Origin: a virus
DNA length: 64,000 nucleotides
Strand: one strand, 5' to 3'
IMG/VR virus record: IMGVR_UViG_3300044960_000113
Location: 64,001-128,000 of that record
In this document: positions 19,976-30,053 of the stretch, piece after piece
Layout: each line of letters begins with the position of its first letter
How positions within the stretch are numbered: position 1 is the stretch's first letter
Translations under genes and position numbers: made by a program
Notes under the pieces: generated by a model
What the model saw: the letters and a program-made list of their open reading frames with translations, nothing else
What the model was told of the DNA's origin: nothing
The model's database searches: none

Positions 19976-20493
19976 AATGCCTCTTTCAAAATATCTTTTG
20001 GATCTTTATAATATCCATTATTGTTAATATCAATAATTTTTTTATTTTTAATTTTTGATCTGTTAAATGCAAATTTAAATAACTCTTGTTCTTCTGTTTT
20101 TCTTTTAAAATTAAAACTTTTACCATCATCTTTTAGAAATGAAAAATCTGATGTTGTTAAAAGAATAAGTTTTATATTATCTATTTTATAAATAGAATAA
20201 TCTTGTTCCATATCAAATACATAATTTCCAGAATATCCACGATATAATGGTGAATAGACACATTCACCTAAATGAAATCTATTAAAAATAATTGGAATAT
20301 TATGTTTTTCTGATAACAATTTAAATCCATATTCAAATGATGTTTTTTGATATTTAAATAAATCATTATCATAAATAGCAATTTTTTGTGGTTTCGTATA
20401 ATGTATTACAAAATGAAAACCCAAATGTTGAATTATTTGATTTATTAATGTATCTTTTCCTAATCTGTCTATTCCTTCTATTATGAATTTCAT
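19966..20493 (-). CDS. Thymidylate kinase-like dNMP kinase
   Basis: IEGIDRLGKDT, FNRFHLGECVY. Confidence 0.75.
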   Translation of the reverse strand: MKFIIEGIDRLGKDTLINQIIQHLGFHFVIHYTKPQKIAIYDNDLFKYQKTSFEYGFKLLSEKHNIPIIFNRFHLGECVYSPLYRGYSGNYVFDMEQDYSIYKIDNIKLILLTTSDFSFLKDDGKSFNFKRKTEEQELFKFAFNRSKIKNKKIIDINNNGYYKDPKDILKEALCQ

Positions 20494-20503
20494 ATTTTTA
20501 AAA

Positions 20504-20797
20504 TTATTCCCATATTATTATATTATTTGAATTTGCCAATTCAGCTAAAATTTCACCATGACATAATTTAGGTGAACACCAACAACCAAGCTTTTTATTT
20601 TTTAATTCTGATATTTGACTTAATAATTCTTTATTTGATAATATCCAATTTTTATATTTAGCCACAACTTCTTCACGAGTTCCATCTTTTCCTATTTCAA
20701 ATGGGTTACCCCATTTAGATGGTCTACCAACATAAACATCATATTCTGATTTTTTACAATGAACAACATATTTTTTATATGGTCTTTTATTCATCAT
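20504..20797 (-). CDS. DUF4326-family protein
   Basis: YVGRPSKWGNPF...LGCWCSPKLCHGEIL. Confidence 0.85.
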   Translation of the reverse strand: MMNKRPYKKYVVHCKKSEYDVYVGRPSKWGNPFEIGKDGTREEVVAKYKNWILSNKELLSQISELKNKKLGCWCSPKLCHGEILAELANSNNIIIWE

Positions 20798-22511
20798 TAT
20801 TTAAGAAACTTTTTTGCATTGTTAAAAATTCTTTTTGCCAGATATTGTTTTTAGAACGCCATAATCTAGATATATTACTATCTATCATATACGTAATTGC
20901 ATAATCTTCTTTAGATCTTACACTTCTACCAGAACCTTGAACTAATCTTTTTATTGTCATTAATTCATATATTTCTGGATAATTTTCCATAATATATTTA
21001 ATTCGTTTATCTCCTAATGATGCAAATGGTGCCTTAACAAATATTTGAAATCTAGAATGATCATCTGGTAAATCTATTCCTTCAAACATAGATGGAGATA
21101 ATAATATTGATGGACTATCATAATTTTTAAACATTTCTAAAATTTTTTCTAATTTTTCTCCTCTAATATGTTCAAATACTTTAACATTATTTTTTCTTAA
21201 AAATTTAGATAATCTTTCAGATACAACAAAACTTGGGCACAATACTATCCCTTTATCAGAACTATGAAATTTAACTATTTCTAAAACAGTTTTGTCTATT
21301 TTTGATAAAACTGTTTCATCTTTCATTGAATTATAATTTAATGATTGTGGTTTGTAAAAAACAATTTTTTTATTTTCTTTTGGAAATGTTGGTTCAACAT
21401 GTATAAATTTGGTTTTATTTTTATTTAAATTTAATGTTTTTATTAAAAAATGATCTGATATTGTTGCAGACATAAAAATATTAAAATCTGAAAATCTCAA
21501 TGTTTTTTCAAACATATCACCAACAAAAATTGGTTTAATAGAAAATTCATTTTCACCATTTTCTTTAATTAATTGTGGGACATGTTCATAACCATATTTT
21601 AATAAATCATCAATCTTACAACCTAATCCAAAATATTTTTTATGTAATCTTGAAAATTGTGTATATTTGTTAATATTTTTTATATTCATTTCCATCTCAG
21701 ATTTACACTGTTCTGCAATTAATTTATATGCATTATATAATGGTAACATATATGCCATATATGTTTTTTCATTTAAAAGGCCATCTTTTAAATCTGTTGT
21801 TATACGTTTAATTGTGTTATAAACATCTGTTTTACCAAGTTTAAGATGATTAGTAATTTCTTCGGTTATTTTATTAAAATGTTTTTCAGAAATATAAATC
21901 GCATTATGTTCTGTAAATATATCATTGATTGTATGAGCCTCATCCCACACAGTTACACATCTTTTAGATAAAACATCTGCATACATTCTATCAACAAAAT
22001 AATAACTATAATTTGTGATTAAATGTTTAACAGTATTTCGTTTATTTTTTACATCTAAATATTCACATTTATAGCATTTTTGTACAGCATTTGCCATTAC
22101 GTCATCTATAGTATTATTTTGCAGTACTCCAAACATACATTCTTCTGCTGTATAAAAATCATCAGAATTTTTTGATACAGAATTTAATGCGTCACATGGA
22201 TATTGACTTGCACCTTTCAGTTGTGCAAAATTATGATTTCCAGAAAATGTTTTATAATATTGTTTAGCTAAAGCATTATTATGTACTAGAATTATAGATG
22301 ATAAATCACTTTTTTGAATTTTTCCGATACATTCAGCAGTAACAGCACCAATTAATGATTTACCTGTTCCAGTTGGTGCACATAAAATAATATCGTTATA
22401 TCTTTCATCAAGAATGGATATTAAGATATTATTAATAGTTTCAACTTGATTATCTCGTGGAAAAAAATTTAATGATGCATATGCATCATTGATTAATTGT
22501 TCATATTTCAT
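20787..22511 (-). CDS. DinG/Rad3-family helicase
   Basis: APTGTGKS, TNYSY, DEAH, MSATI, EGIDL, QGSGRSVR. Confidence 0.88.
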   Translation of the reverse strand: MKYEQLINDAYASLNFFPRDNQVETINNILISILDERYNDIILCAPTGTGKSLIGAVTAECIGKIQKSDLSSIILVHNNALAKQYYKTFSGNHNFAQLKGASQYPCDALNSVSKNSDDFYTAEECMFGVLQNNTIDDVMANAVQKCYKCEYLDVKNKRNTVKHLITNYSYYFVDRMYADVLSKRCVTVWDEAHTINDIFTEHNAIYISEKHFNKITEEITNHLKLGKTDVYNTIKRITTDLKDGLLNEKTYMAYMLPLYNAYKLIAEQCKSEMEMNIKNINKYTQFSRLHKKYFGLGCKIDDLLKYGYEHVPQLIKENGENEFSIKPIFVGDMFEKTLRFSDFNIFMSATISDHFLIKTLNLNKNKTKFIHVEPTFPKENKKIVFYKPQSLNYNSMKDETVLSKIDKTVLEIVKFHSSDKGIVLCPSFVVSERLSKFLRKNNVKVFEHIRGEKLEKILEMFKNYDSPSILLSPSMFEGIDLPDDHSRFQIFVKAPFASLGDKRIKYIMENYPEIYELMTIKRLVQGSGRSVRSKEDYAITYMIDSNISRLWRSKNNIWQKEFLTMQKSFLNNDE

Positions 22512-23173
22512 TTTATTAAATTAAAATGTCTTTCGTAAACGTGAAGTGATCCAACTGTCCAATATATATTACCCATTTTTACCAATAATTTAGAATTATT
22601 TAAATCATTTACCAATTTTTCTAAAACATATTTTTGCCATCCATAATCATTTTTATATCCAAATACGACATCTTGTGATCTCATTCTAACATGTGCATGA
22701 AGTTTATTGTCTCTAATGAAATATTGGACAGCATCAGTACACATAAAATCTGACATACCATTATAATTATAATCTATCCACATTGATGGACGAGTGTAAA
22801 TCATCTCAGCTCGTCTCGTTGATTCACCATTTTTAATGAGTTCATTTTTTACATTTTCATATTGATTATAGTTTTCTTTAGAAAAAATACACCAACCATA
22901 ATTTGAGTTTATTTTTCCTTCTTTTGAAGCAACCTGTTGCCAAACTTGTGGAGGACCACCTGGAATATCTTTAATATATAGAGATTGAGATTCGTACCAG
23001 CTTATTTCTCTTTTTAGATAATCTTCGTTAACTGTTCCAAAAATAGCTGGTTCATCTGCTATAAAACTTTCTGCTAATAATTCTACTGTTTTTACACCAG
23101 TTTTGTCTATTACAAAATCTTTATTTTTTAATTTTTCAATAAATTTTTTTCTTATATCATATACTTTTTGCAT
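22508..23173 (-). CDS. gp42: dCMP hydroxymethyltransferase (T4 gp42-like, thymidylate synthase fold)
   Basis: Near-continuous match to T4 gp42 as recalled: DFVIDKTGVKT, INSNYGW, MIYTRPSM, MSDFMCT (catalytic Cys), MRSQDVVFGYKND (dCMP-specifying Asp), GSLHVYERHF. Confidence 0.9.
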   Translation of the reverse strand: MQKVYDIRKKFIEKLKNKDFVIDKTGVKTVELLAESFIADEPAIFGTVNEDYLKREISWYESQSLYIKDIPGGPPQVWQQVASKEGKINSNYGWCIFSKENYNQYENVKNELIKNGESTRRAEMIYTRPSMWIDYNYNGMSDFMCTDAVQYFIRDNKLHAHVRMRSQDVVFGYKNDYGWQKYVLEKLVNDLNNSKLLVKMGNIYWTVGSLHVYERHFNLIK

Positions 23174-23187
23174 TAAAAATATCCTTA

Positions 23188-23646
23188 TTACAAAGTATTT
23201 ACATTAATTAAATCCACTGTTAAATTTATATCTTTATTAATGAATGTTAAATTAGGAACAACATCATCAACTAAAACACAAGTTGTATTTTTAAAATTAA
23301 ATTGGCAAAAATCTAAAAATAAACGATGTTTACCCCACACACACACACATGATAATTCTTGAAGTTCCCATTTGCAACCAGTAAATTTAACAATATCTTT
23401 TAAAATTTCTTCTTGTGTTGGAATATTACCAATATTTACATCAAGTGCACGCTGTATTGGGTCTTTAAGACTAGATATAAATTCTTGTCTGTCTTTTTCA
23501 TTCCAGATAGCAAATGAAAAAATAGATATATTTTCAACAAAATTATTTTTTAATAATTTCTTGATCTTAGAAACATTGCACAATCTTTGATCATGCCAAC
23601 TATTAATAATAGTTTCTTCAAGATCTAAAAACCAATGAGAGTCCAT
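23188..23646 (-). CDS. HAD-like hypothetical protein
   Basis: FLDLEETII and VLVDD. Confidence 0.55.
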   Translation of the reverse strand: MDSHWFLDLEETIINSWHDQRLCNVSKIKKLLKNNFVENISIFSFAIWNEKDRQEFISSLKDPIQRALDVNIGNIPTQEEILKDIVKFTGCKWELQELSCVCVWGKHRLFLDFCQFNFKNTTCVLVDDVVPNLTFINKDINLTVDLINVNTL

Positions 23647-23709
23647 AATGAGACCATTTTTTATTTTAAGATAATATATTATCTCATATTTTATAAAAAA
23701 AGTAAATAC

Positions 23710-24642
23710 TTATTTTTTATGAAAAGATGAAATTTCAGGTGGTAATTTTATATTTGTTCCTTTGAATGAATCTGCTACATCTTTAAATATTTTATCTTGA
23801 ATATTTTTAGGAAATGTTTTTTTGATTAATTCTATAACTTTTTCAGCAGATGTTACATCTTTTTCCGTATAACCTTTACCAAATAAATGTTCTACTGCTT
23901 TATTTGGATCATTTATTAAATCTAATTTATCACTAAATTTAATATCTTTATATTTAGGATCAATTTTAATTAATTCTTGTTTTAATTCATTTGGTGTTAC
24001 TTCTATCATATTTTTTAATCTAGCTGTTCCTTTTTTATTCATTGGAGCTATTTTAAATACTCGTCTAATTCCACCGGTTGGATTCCATGCTCTGCTTGCT
24101 CTAGCTATAACATTTCCATTATCATCAGTTACAACTAAATCTTCATCTTTAATTTGTTTATATCGAGATGCTGCCATTAATAATTGACCACGGATTGCTC
24201 CTTTATATTTTGATTCTTTTCCTTCATCACTATAAAAATGGAATCTTGCCCAATCTACATCCGGAACAAACATTAAATCAACTTGAACTTTTTTATTATT
24301 TGATACAGGGACAGCATATGAACCAACTCTTATTCCAGGTTGTAATTGACCTTCATTATTAAATGCTTTCATCATTTTTTTATGAACTTCTTGCATAAAT
24401 TCTGGTGATTTCATATCTATAGCAATATCTATATCACCTGAATCTTTTTTATAACCTAATAAAGTTAATTCTGTTGTTCCTAAAACTTGTTTTTTTAGAT
24501 TATCTAAATCTATTTTTAATATATCTGAAACCTTTTTAAGTGCAATTTCAATATCTGATTTTGAAGCACGAGAAGTACCCCATTTTTTAGTAACTTTACC
24601 ATTTTCAAATAATATTTTTGATAAAAAAGATTTAAAGTTCAT
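23710..24642 (-). CDS. Nucleotidyltransferase-fold hypothetical protein
   Basis: LG...SGDIDIAID and VQVDLMF motifs. Confidence 0.55.
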   Translation of the reverse strand: MNFKSFLSKILFENGKVTKKWGTSRASKSDIEIALKKVSDILKIDLDNLKKQVLGTTELTLLGYKKDSGDIDIAIDMKSPEFMQEVHKKMMKAFNNEGQLQPGIRVGSYAVPVSNNKKVQVDLMFVPDVDWARFHFYSDEGKESKYKGAIRGQLLMAASRYKQIKDEDLVVTDDNGNVIARASRAWNPTGGIRRVFKIAPMNKKGTARLKNMIEVTPNELKQELIKIDPKYKDIKFSDKLDLINDPNKAVEHLFGKGYTEKDVTSAEKVIELIKKTFPKNIQDKIFKDVADSFKGTNIKLPPEISSFHKK

Positions 24643-24684
24643 TGTTATAAAAATAAATAAAATTATATTCTATTTATTAAATTA

Positions 24685-24692
24685 TATAAATA
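24685..24692 (+). promoter_or_regulatory. T4-type late promoter
   Basis: TATAAATA upstream of the plus-strand fibre genes; another at 26956-26963. Confidence 0.6.
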
Positions 24693-24733
24693 ATATATGT
24701 ATTAAACGATAATATCATTTTAGGAAAAAATAT

Positions 24734-25264
24734 ATGAGTACCGTTAATCAATCAAAAAGATATTTAGGAAATCGTTCAGTTTATTTTGGTCCAGATCTAC
24801 CTGAAACAGATTTAGAAGATGGATTTTTATTCTATAAAACTGGAACAAACGCTGGATTGTATATTTATAAAAATTCAACATGGGAATTAACTTCAGTTAC
24901 AAATATTACTAATCTTACTGGGACAATTAACGATCTTGCTGGAGTATTAAATATATCTAAAGGTGGAACTGGTGCAACTAATGCTTCAGCAGCTTTAACA
25001 AATTTGGGCGGTGTCACATTAGCACAAGTTCAAACAGAGATTCAAACCACAAATATAAATTCTCTTGCTGGAGTATTAAATATATCTAAAGGTGGAACTG
25101 GTGCAACTAATGCTTCAGCAGCTTTAACAAATTTGGGCGGTGTCACATTAGCACAAGTTCAAGCAGAGATTCAAACCGTAAATAGAAATTCTCAAGGAAA
25201 TAAAACAGTGTCAACATCAACACCTGTTGGTGGTTCTGATGGAGATATTTGGTATCAATATTAA
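24734..25264 (+). CDS. Tail-fibre/virion protein with a duplicated 43-aa repeat
   Basis: LAGVLNISKGGTGATNASAALTNLG twice; GSDGDIWYQY terminus. Confidence 0.7.
   Translation: MSTVNQSKRYLGNRSVYFGPDLPETDLEDGFLFYKTGTNAGLYIYKNSTWELTSVTNITNLTGTINDLAGVLNISKGGTGATNASAALTNLGGVTLAQVQTEIQTTNINSLAGVLNISKGGTGATNASAALTNLGGVTLAQVQAEIQTVNRNSQGNKTVSTSTPVGGSDGDIWYQY
24934..25177 (+). repeat. Two 115-bp near-identical copies, period 129 nt
   Basis: 24934-25048 versus 25063-25177, one mismatch seen. Confidence 0.9.
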
Positions 25265-25266
25265 TT

Positions 25267-26115
25267 ATGACAACAAAAACATATGTAAAATCTGGCGGAA
25301 TATGGAGACCATCTAAAGAAATTTATGTTAAATATGGTGGTACATGGAGAACAATTGAAAAAGCGTGGCATAAAACAGCTGGTGTGTGGCAATTAGTTCA
25401 TAATAGAATTATTCAATTAAATTTGATAATATCTTCTAATACTAAAAATTATAATGTAAAAACGGCTGCTGAAGCATTGTATGGTGGACCAATTAATAGC
25501 CCAGCAATTATAACATTAACAGTAAATCCAGGAGTAATAGTTGGAAGTGTTGTAACATATACTGGTTTAAATCAAAATCAAAGAAGCCATATAGCTGGAC
25601 CAGCATTAAGTTCTGGTACGTTTTTACCAGGATCAGTTTTAAATATTTATAATTATGGATATATAGTTGGCGCAGGTGGTCAAGGTGGAACATATGCAAC
25701 TCCAACATCACCATACCAGGCTGGATTTCAAGGCGGAAATGCTATAGAAACAACTTTACCTACAAATATTTATAATTATGGAATAATTGCTGGTGGAGGT
25801 GGTGGTGGTGCTGGCGGTGATGGTGCTGGTCATAATAGTATTGGAGGAGGTGGTGGTGCTGGTGACACACCAGGTATAGGTGGATTTGGATATGGTGGAT
25901 TTTCATCATTTGGGCAATCTGGCACCTTACTTTATGGCGGTGTTGGAACACACGATCCAATTTATATATCAACTGGTGGTAATTTGGGTCAAGCAGGAAT
26001 TTATGGTGGTGGTTTTAATAGTACTGGTATAACAGGAGCTCCCGGATATTATATAGTTGGAAATTCTTATGTAACATGGGTAGTACCTGGGGATAGACGT
26101 GGATTAGTATCATAA
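25267..26115 (+). CDS. Glycine-rich tail-fibre adhesin (T2 gp38-like)
   Basis: IYNYGYIVGAGGQGG, GGNAI, YGIIAGGGGGGAGG; Trp-rich N-terminus. Confidence 0.65.
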   Translation: MTTKTYVKSGGIWRPSKEIYVKYGGTWRTIEKAWHKTAGVWQLVHNRIIQLNLIISSNTKNYNVKTAAEALYGGPINSPAIITLTVNPGVIVGSVVTYTGLNQNQRSHIAGPALSSGTFLPGSVLNIYNYGYIVGAGGQGGTYATPTSPYQAGFQGGNAIETTLPTNIYNYGIIAGGGGGGAGGDGAGHNSIGGGGGAGDTPGIGGFGYGGFSSFGQSGTLLYGGVGTHDPIYISTGGNLGQAGIYGGGFNSTGITGAPGYYIVGNSYVTWVVPGDRRGLVS

Positions 26116-26132
26116 TAAATGGAGAATAAAAT

Positions 26133-26930
26133 ATGAGCATAATATTAACATGGAATAATATTGGAACATTTAAAAAGAATAATGATAATAATGTTTATAC
26201 TTTTTATAAAAAACCAGAATTATCATTTAATTATGATGTTCTATTATATGAACCAGAATTTTTAAATTCGTTTTTAATTTATAACAATGAACAAATTAAT
26301 CTCACAGATCAACAAATATTAGAAATAGAAAATTTTGTAACAAATTATGATTTGACATTAAAACATTGTATTAATGAATTTGGTGTTTATGTCGGTCAAC
26401 ATCCCGATTTAGGTAATTTTACTATAGTGCCTTCAGCACCTCCAACATCTGAAAATTGGGTATATATAAATGATACATGGGTATATGTACATGGTGTTGA
26501 TGCAACTGGTCACTATATGGGTAATGTCCCAGCACAATTATGTCATACTATAGCAACATCTGCACCATCAGGATTTTTGACATTATGGGATGATACCAAT
26601 AAAGTATGGTTAGATGAAAGAACAGAAGAACAAAAACGTATAGATAATTTAAGAGCTATTAATGCTCAAAGGGATATTGCTTTATCAAACGGTTTTATGT
26701 ATAATGGAAATATATTTCATTGTGATCCAATATTTCAATTACAAGTACAAGCATACTTATTAGCATGGAGAGAGGGTATTCTTTCAGACACGTCTACTGT
26801 TCCTATTAGACGTAAAGATAATGTTATTATACAAATGACAAAAACTGAAGTTTTAGATTTGGCTACTGCATTAATGGCCCATGTTCAAGGAGTTTATATG
26901 CAATCTTGGGCAGCAAAAGATGCTTTATAA
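26133..26930 (+). CDS. Tail-fibre assembly-like protein with C-terminal DUF4376-like domain
   Basis: WDDTNKVW...RDIALSNGFMYNGNIFHCD...RRKDN. Confidence 0.65.
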   Translation: MSIILTWNNIGTFKKNNDNNVYTFYKKPELSFNYDVLLYEPEFLNSFLIYNNEQINLTDQQILEIENFVTNYDLTLKHCINEFGVYVGQHPDLGNFTIVPSAPPTSENWVYINDTWVYVHGVDATGHYMGNVPAQLCHTIATSAPSGFLTLWDDTNKVWLDERTEEQKRIDNLRAINAQRDIALSNGFMYNGNIFHCDPIFQLQVQAYLLAWREGILSDTSTVPIRRKDNVIIQMTKTEVLDLATALMAHVQGVYMQSWAAKDAL

Positions 26931-27004
26931 AAAATAACATGTTTATATTAAAAATTATAAATATACTTAATAACATACCTAACAATATTGAGGAGATAAT
27001 CTAA

Positions 27005-30000
27005 ATGTTAATAGACGGCGTAAATTTAGTAGAAGGATCAAAAATAGTAAATCTTACAGTTGATTCTGGATCTACTTTTCCTTCATCACCATCATTAGGT
27101 GAATTATTTTATAAAACCACTGATAACAAATTATATGTATATGATGGATCATCATGGGTTGTAACTGGTGTTGATCCGGCATATCCTTCAAATGAAATAG
27201 TATTTGGAACAGGAACATCTATATCAAGTGATCCAAAATTTACATATGATCCTACAACTGGTCAATTATCATTAACGCAGGATACATTAAATACTCCAGG
27301 AGGAGTAGATATATCTGGTATGCAACCTAGTGGATCAGGTAATGGTGGTCCAGTAACAATAAAAGGTGGAGATGCTAATTCAAATGGTAATGGTGGCAAT
27401 TTAACTTTATCAGGTGGTGCGGCAGGTCAATCATCAGGAAATTTTGGAGGTTATGTTTATATTACTAGTGGGACAGGTGACAATGGTGGAAATGGCGGTA
27501 TGAGTGGTTCTATCGATATCAGAACCTCTGATGGAGACTCAAATAATGGTTCTAGTGGTAATATTCAACTTACTACTGGTAATGCATATGGTATAGGAAT
27601 CCCTGGAAATATAGAACTATGGTTAGGAAGTACAGAAAATGGATCGATGGGTGGTCAATTTATAGTTCATGCTGGTGATGGTTTAACCGGTGGAGACATA
27701 ATTTTAAATTCTGGCGGATGTAGTGTTGATAATGGTAATGGCGGTAACATCACTATTGAAGCTCAATATGGTTCAGGATCTGGAAATGGTGGAGATATAT
27801 TTATACTAGGTGGTAGAAGTGGTGATGTTGGTGGTATAGGTGGTTCTATTAATATTAATGCCGGTTCTGGCGATGATTATGGTGGAGGTGTTGGAAATGG
27901 TGGAAGTGTACTAATTACTAGTGGAAATGGTGGTACAATTTCAGGTAATGCCGGATATATATCAATAACAGCTGGTTCTGGTGTAAATGATAACGGTTAT
28001 GGTGGAGATATACTAATAACAGCTGGTAGTGGTGGACCAGTTACTGGCATGGGTGGAACTATTCAAATTACATCTGGACCATCAAATGAAGGACCATCAG
28101 GTGTTGGTAAAATATTATTTTATACTGGTAGTAATAATTCAGCACAAGTTGAAAGCGATGGAATGTATGGTGTATGGAAATTTGAAGTAAACCCATATGT
28201 TAATAATCCATCAGTAACTGATAATAATCAATTAATAACAAATGGTTATGCTGATTCGACATATGTTAATGTTTCTGGTGATTCAATGGATTCAGCAGCA
28301 AACTTAATATTCTCTGGTGGTGGTGAAGTCAAAGGTTTACCAACAACACCATCTAGTGCAACAGCAGCAGCTTCTAAAGCATATGTTGATAACTTGGTTT
28401 CTTCATCAACAACATGGAGAGATCCAGTTGAATGCCCAAGCTTTATCGATATTGTTTCTGCAATTCCTGGCTCACCAGTTACCCATGGATCATATATTAA
28501 ATATGGTGGAACACAAAATGAAACATGGGGTACATTAACCAATGTTGTTAACAATGACATATTAGAATATACTGGTACAGATTGGGTAAGATTGGGGTCA
28601 TTAACAGCGGGTGATAGATTTTTAGTTGCTGTTGAACGTGGCCCAATGGGTTCAGGTGCATATGCTGCAGACATGAGAGCTAAAGATTTAGTTGAATATG
28701 TTGGTGGTGCTGCTAATTTAGCTTCAAGTTGGATTAAACCTTATAATACAAACGTTCAGGGAGTATTGTTTAGTACAACCAAAACTGGATCTTCAGCAAC
28801 TGGTTTAGCAAATAATGGAACAGTTTATAATGCAACAATTAAAGTAAATACTACATCATATTCAATTACTGTGACTGGTTCAGCAGCACAAACATTTACT
28901 AATTTGATATCTGAAATTAATGCTGATTTAACTGGCGCAACAGCATCTATTGTTGACGGACATATTCATATTACTGGTGCAAATTCAACTGATACAATAT
29001 TAATTAGTAATGGTTCACCAAATAATTTATGGTCAGCATTAACAGATTTTACTGAAATTCGTGGTACTGTCACAAATGGAACAACTGTTTTAGTACATAA
29101 TCCAAGTTGTTATGAATTTGGACATACATACTTATATACATTAACAAATCATGATTGGACAGAAATTGCTGGTCCAGGTTCAATTAGTGCTGGTGTTGGT
29201 TTAGAATATGATGGTAATGTGCTTAATATTAACTTAGGTGCTGGTATTAAAGAACTTCCAACAGACGAAGTTGGTCTAGATTTATATCCTAGTTCAGGAT
29301 TAATGTTAACAACAGATGGTACTAATCCATCAACAAGTACTAATGCACAATTATCATTAACAAAAACAGGTGTTTCATCTGGTACATATAAATCTGTAAC
29401 AGTAGATGTGTATGGTCGTGTAACAGCAGGTTCTAATCCAACAACATTAGCTGGTTATGGAATAACTGATGCACAACCACTTGATGATGACTTAACAGCA
29501 ATAGCTGGATTAACTGGAACTGGTATTGCACGCAGAACTGGAACAAATACTTGGTCAGTTGGTTCATCAGTTAATTTAGCAAGTGAAGTAACTGGTAATT
29601 TACCAGTTGTAAATTTAAATTCTGGAACAAATGCATCTTCTTCAACGTATTGGAGAGGAGATGGAACATGGGTTAACCCACTTAATAATCCAACATTTAC
29701 AGGTATTACTAGAGTATCTGTTACAACAGGTATATCAGCTGCTGGTTCAACACAAGGTACTGCTACAGCATTAACAACGCAGGTTAATGTTGTGACTTCT
29801 ATAACTGGTGGATCAGCTGATGGTGTTAAACTACCAACTGCTGTTGCTGGAATGGTCATAACTATAATAAATGCACATGCATCAGCAACATTAAAAGTAT
29901 ATCCTGACACTGGTGGAGTAATTGATTCATTATCTACTAATGCTGCATTTCCATTAGGAGCAGGAGCAAAATTACAATTTGTGGCAACATCAAGTACACA

Positions 30001-30031
30001 ATGGTATACTTTAACCGCTGTTTATGCGTAA
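27005..30031 (+). CDS. Long Gly/Ser/Thr-rich fibre protein
   Basis: Repeated GGxxxITAGSG units, VTVDVYGRVTAG, STYWRGDGTW. Confidence 0.75.
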   Translation: MLIDGVNLVEGSKIVNLTVDSGSTFPSSPSLGELFYKTTDNKLYVYDGSSWVVTGVDPAYPSNEIVFGTGTSISSDPKFTYDPTTGQLSLTQDTLNTPGGVDISGMQPSGSGNGGPVTIKGGDANSNGNGGNLTLSGGAAGQSSGNFGGYVYITSGTGDNGGNGGMSGSIDIRTSDGDSNNGSSGNIQLTTGNAYGIGIPGNIELWLGSTENGSMGGQFIVHAGDGLTGGDIILNSGGCSVDNGNGGNITIEAQYGSGSGNGGDIFILGGRSGDVGGIGGSININAGSGDDYGGGVGNGGSVLITSGNGGTISGNAGYISITAGSGVNDNGYGGDILITAGSGGPVTGMGGTIQITSGPSNEGPSGVGKILFYTGSNNSAQVESDGMYGVWKFEVNPYVNNPSVTDNNQLITNGYADSTYVNVSGDSMDSAANLIFSGGGEVKGLPTTPSSATAAASKAYVDNLVSSSTTWRDPVECPSFIDIVSAIPGSPVTHGSYIKYGGTQNETWGTLTNVVNNDILEYTGTDWVRLGSLTAGDRFLVAVERGPMGSGAYAADMRAKDLVEYVGGAANLASSWIKPYNTNVQGVLFSTTKTGSSATGLANNGTVYNATIKVNTTSYSITVTGSAAQTFTNLISEINADLTGATASIVDGHIHITGANSTDTILISNGSPNNLWSALTDFTEIRGTVTNGTTVLVHNPSCYEFGHTYLYTLTNHDWTEIAGPGSISAGVGLEYDGNVLNINLGAGIKELPTDEVGLDLYPSSGLMLTTDGTNPSTSTNAQLSLTKTGVSSGTYKSVTVDVYGRVTAGSNPTTLAGYGITDAQPLDDDLTAIAGLTGTGIARRTGTNTWSVGSSVNLASEVTGNLPVVNLNSGTNASSSTYWRGDGTWVNPLNNPTFTGITRVSVTTGISAAGSTQGTATALTTQVNVVTSITGGSADGVKLPTAVAGMVITIINAHASATLKVYPDTGGVIDSLSTNAAFPLGAGAKLQFVATSSTQWYTLTAVYA

Positions 30032-30053
30032 TTGTATATAAGGAGATAATAAT

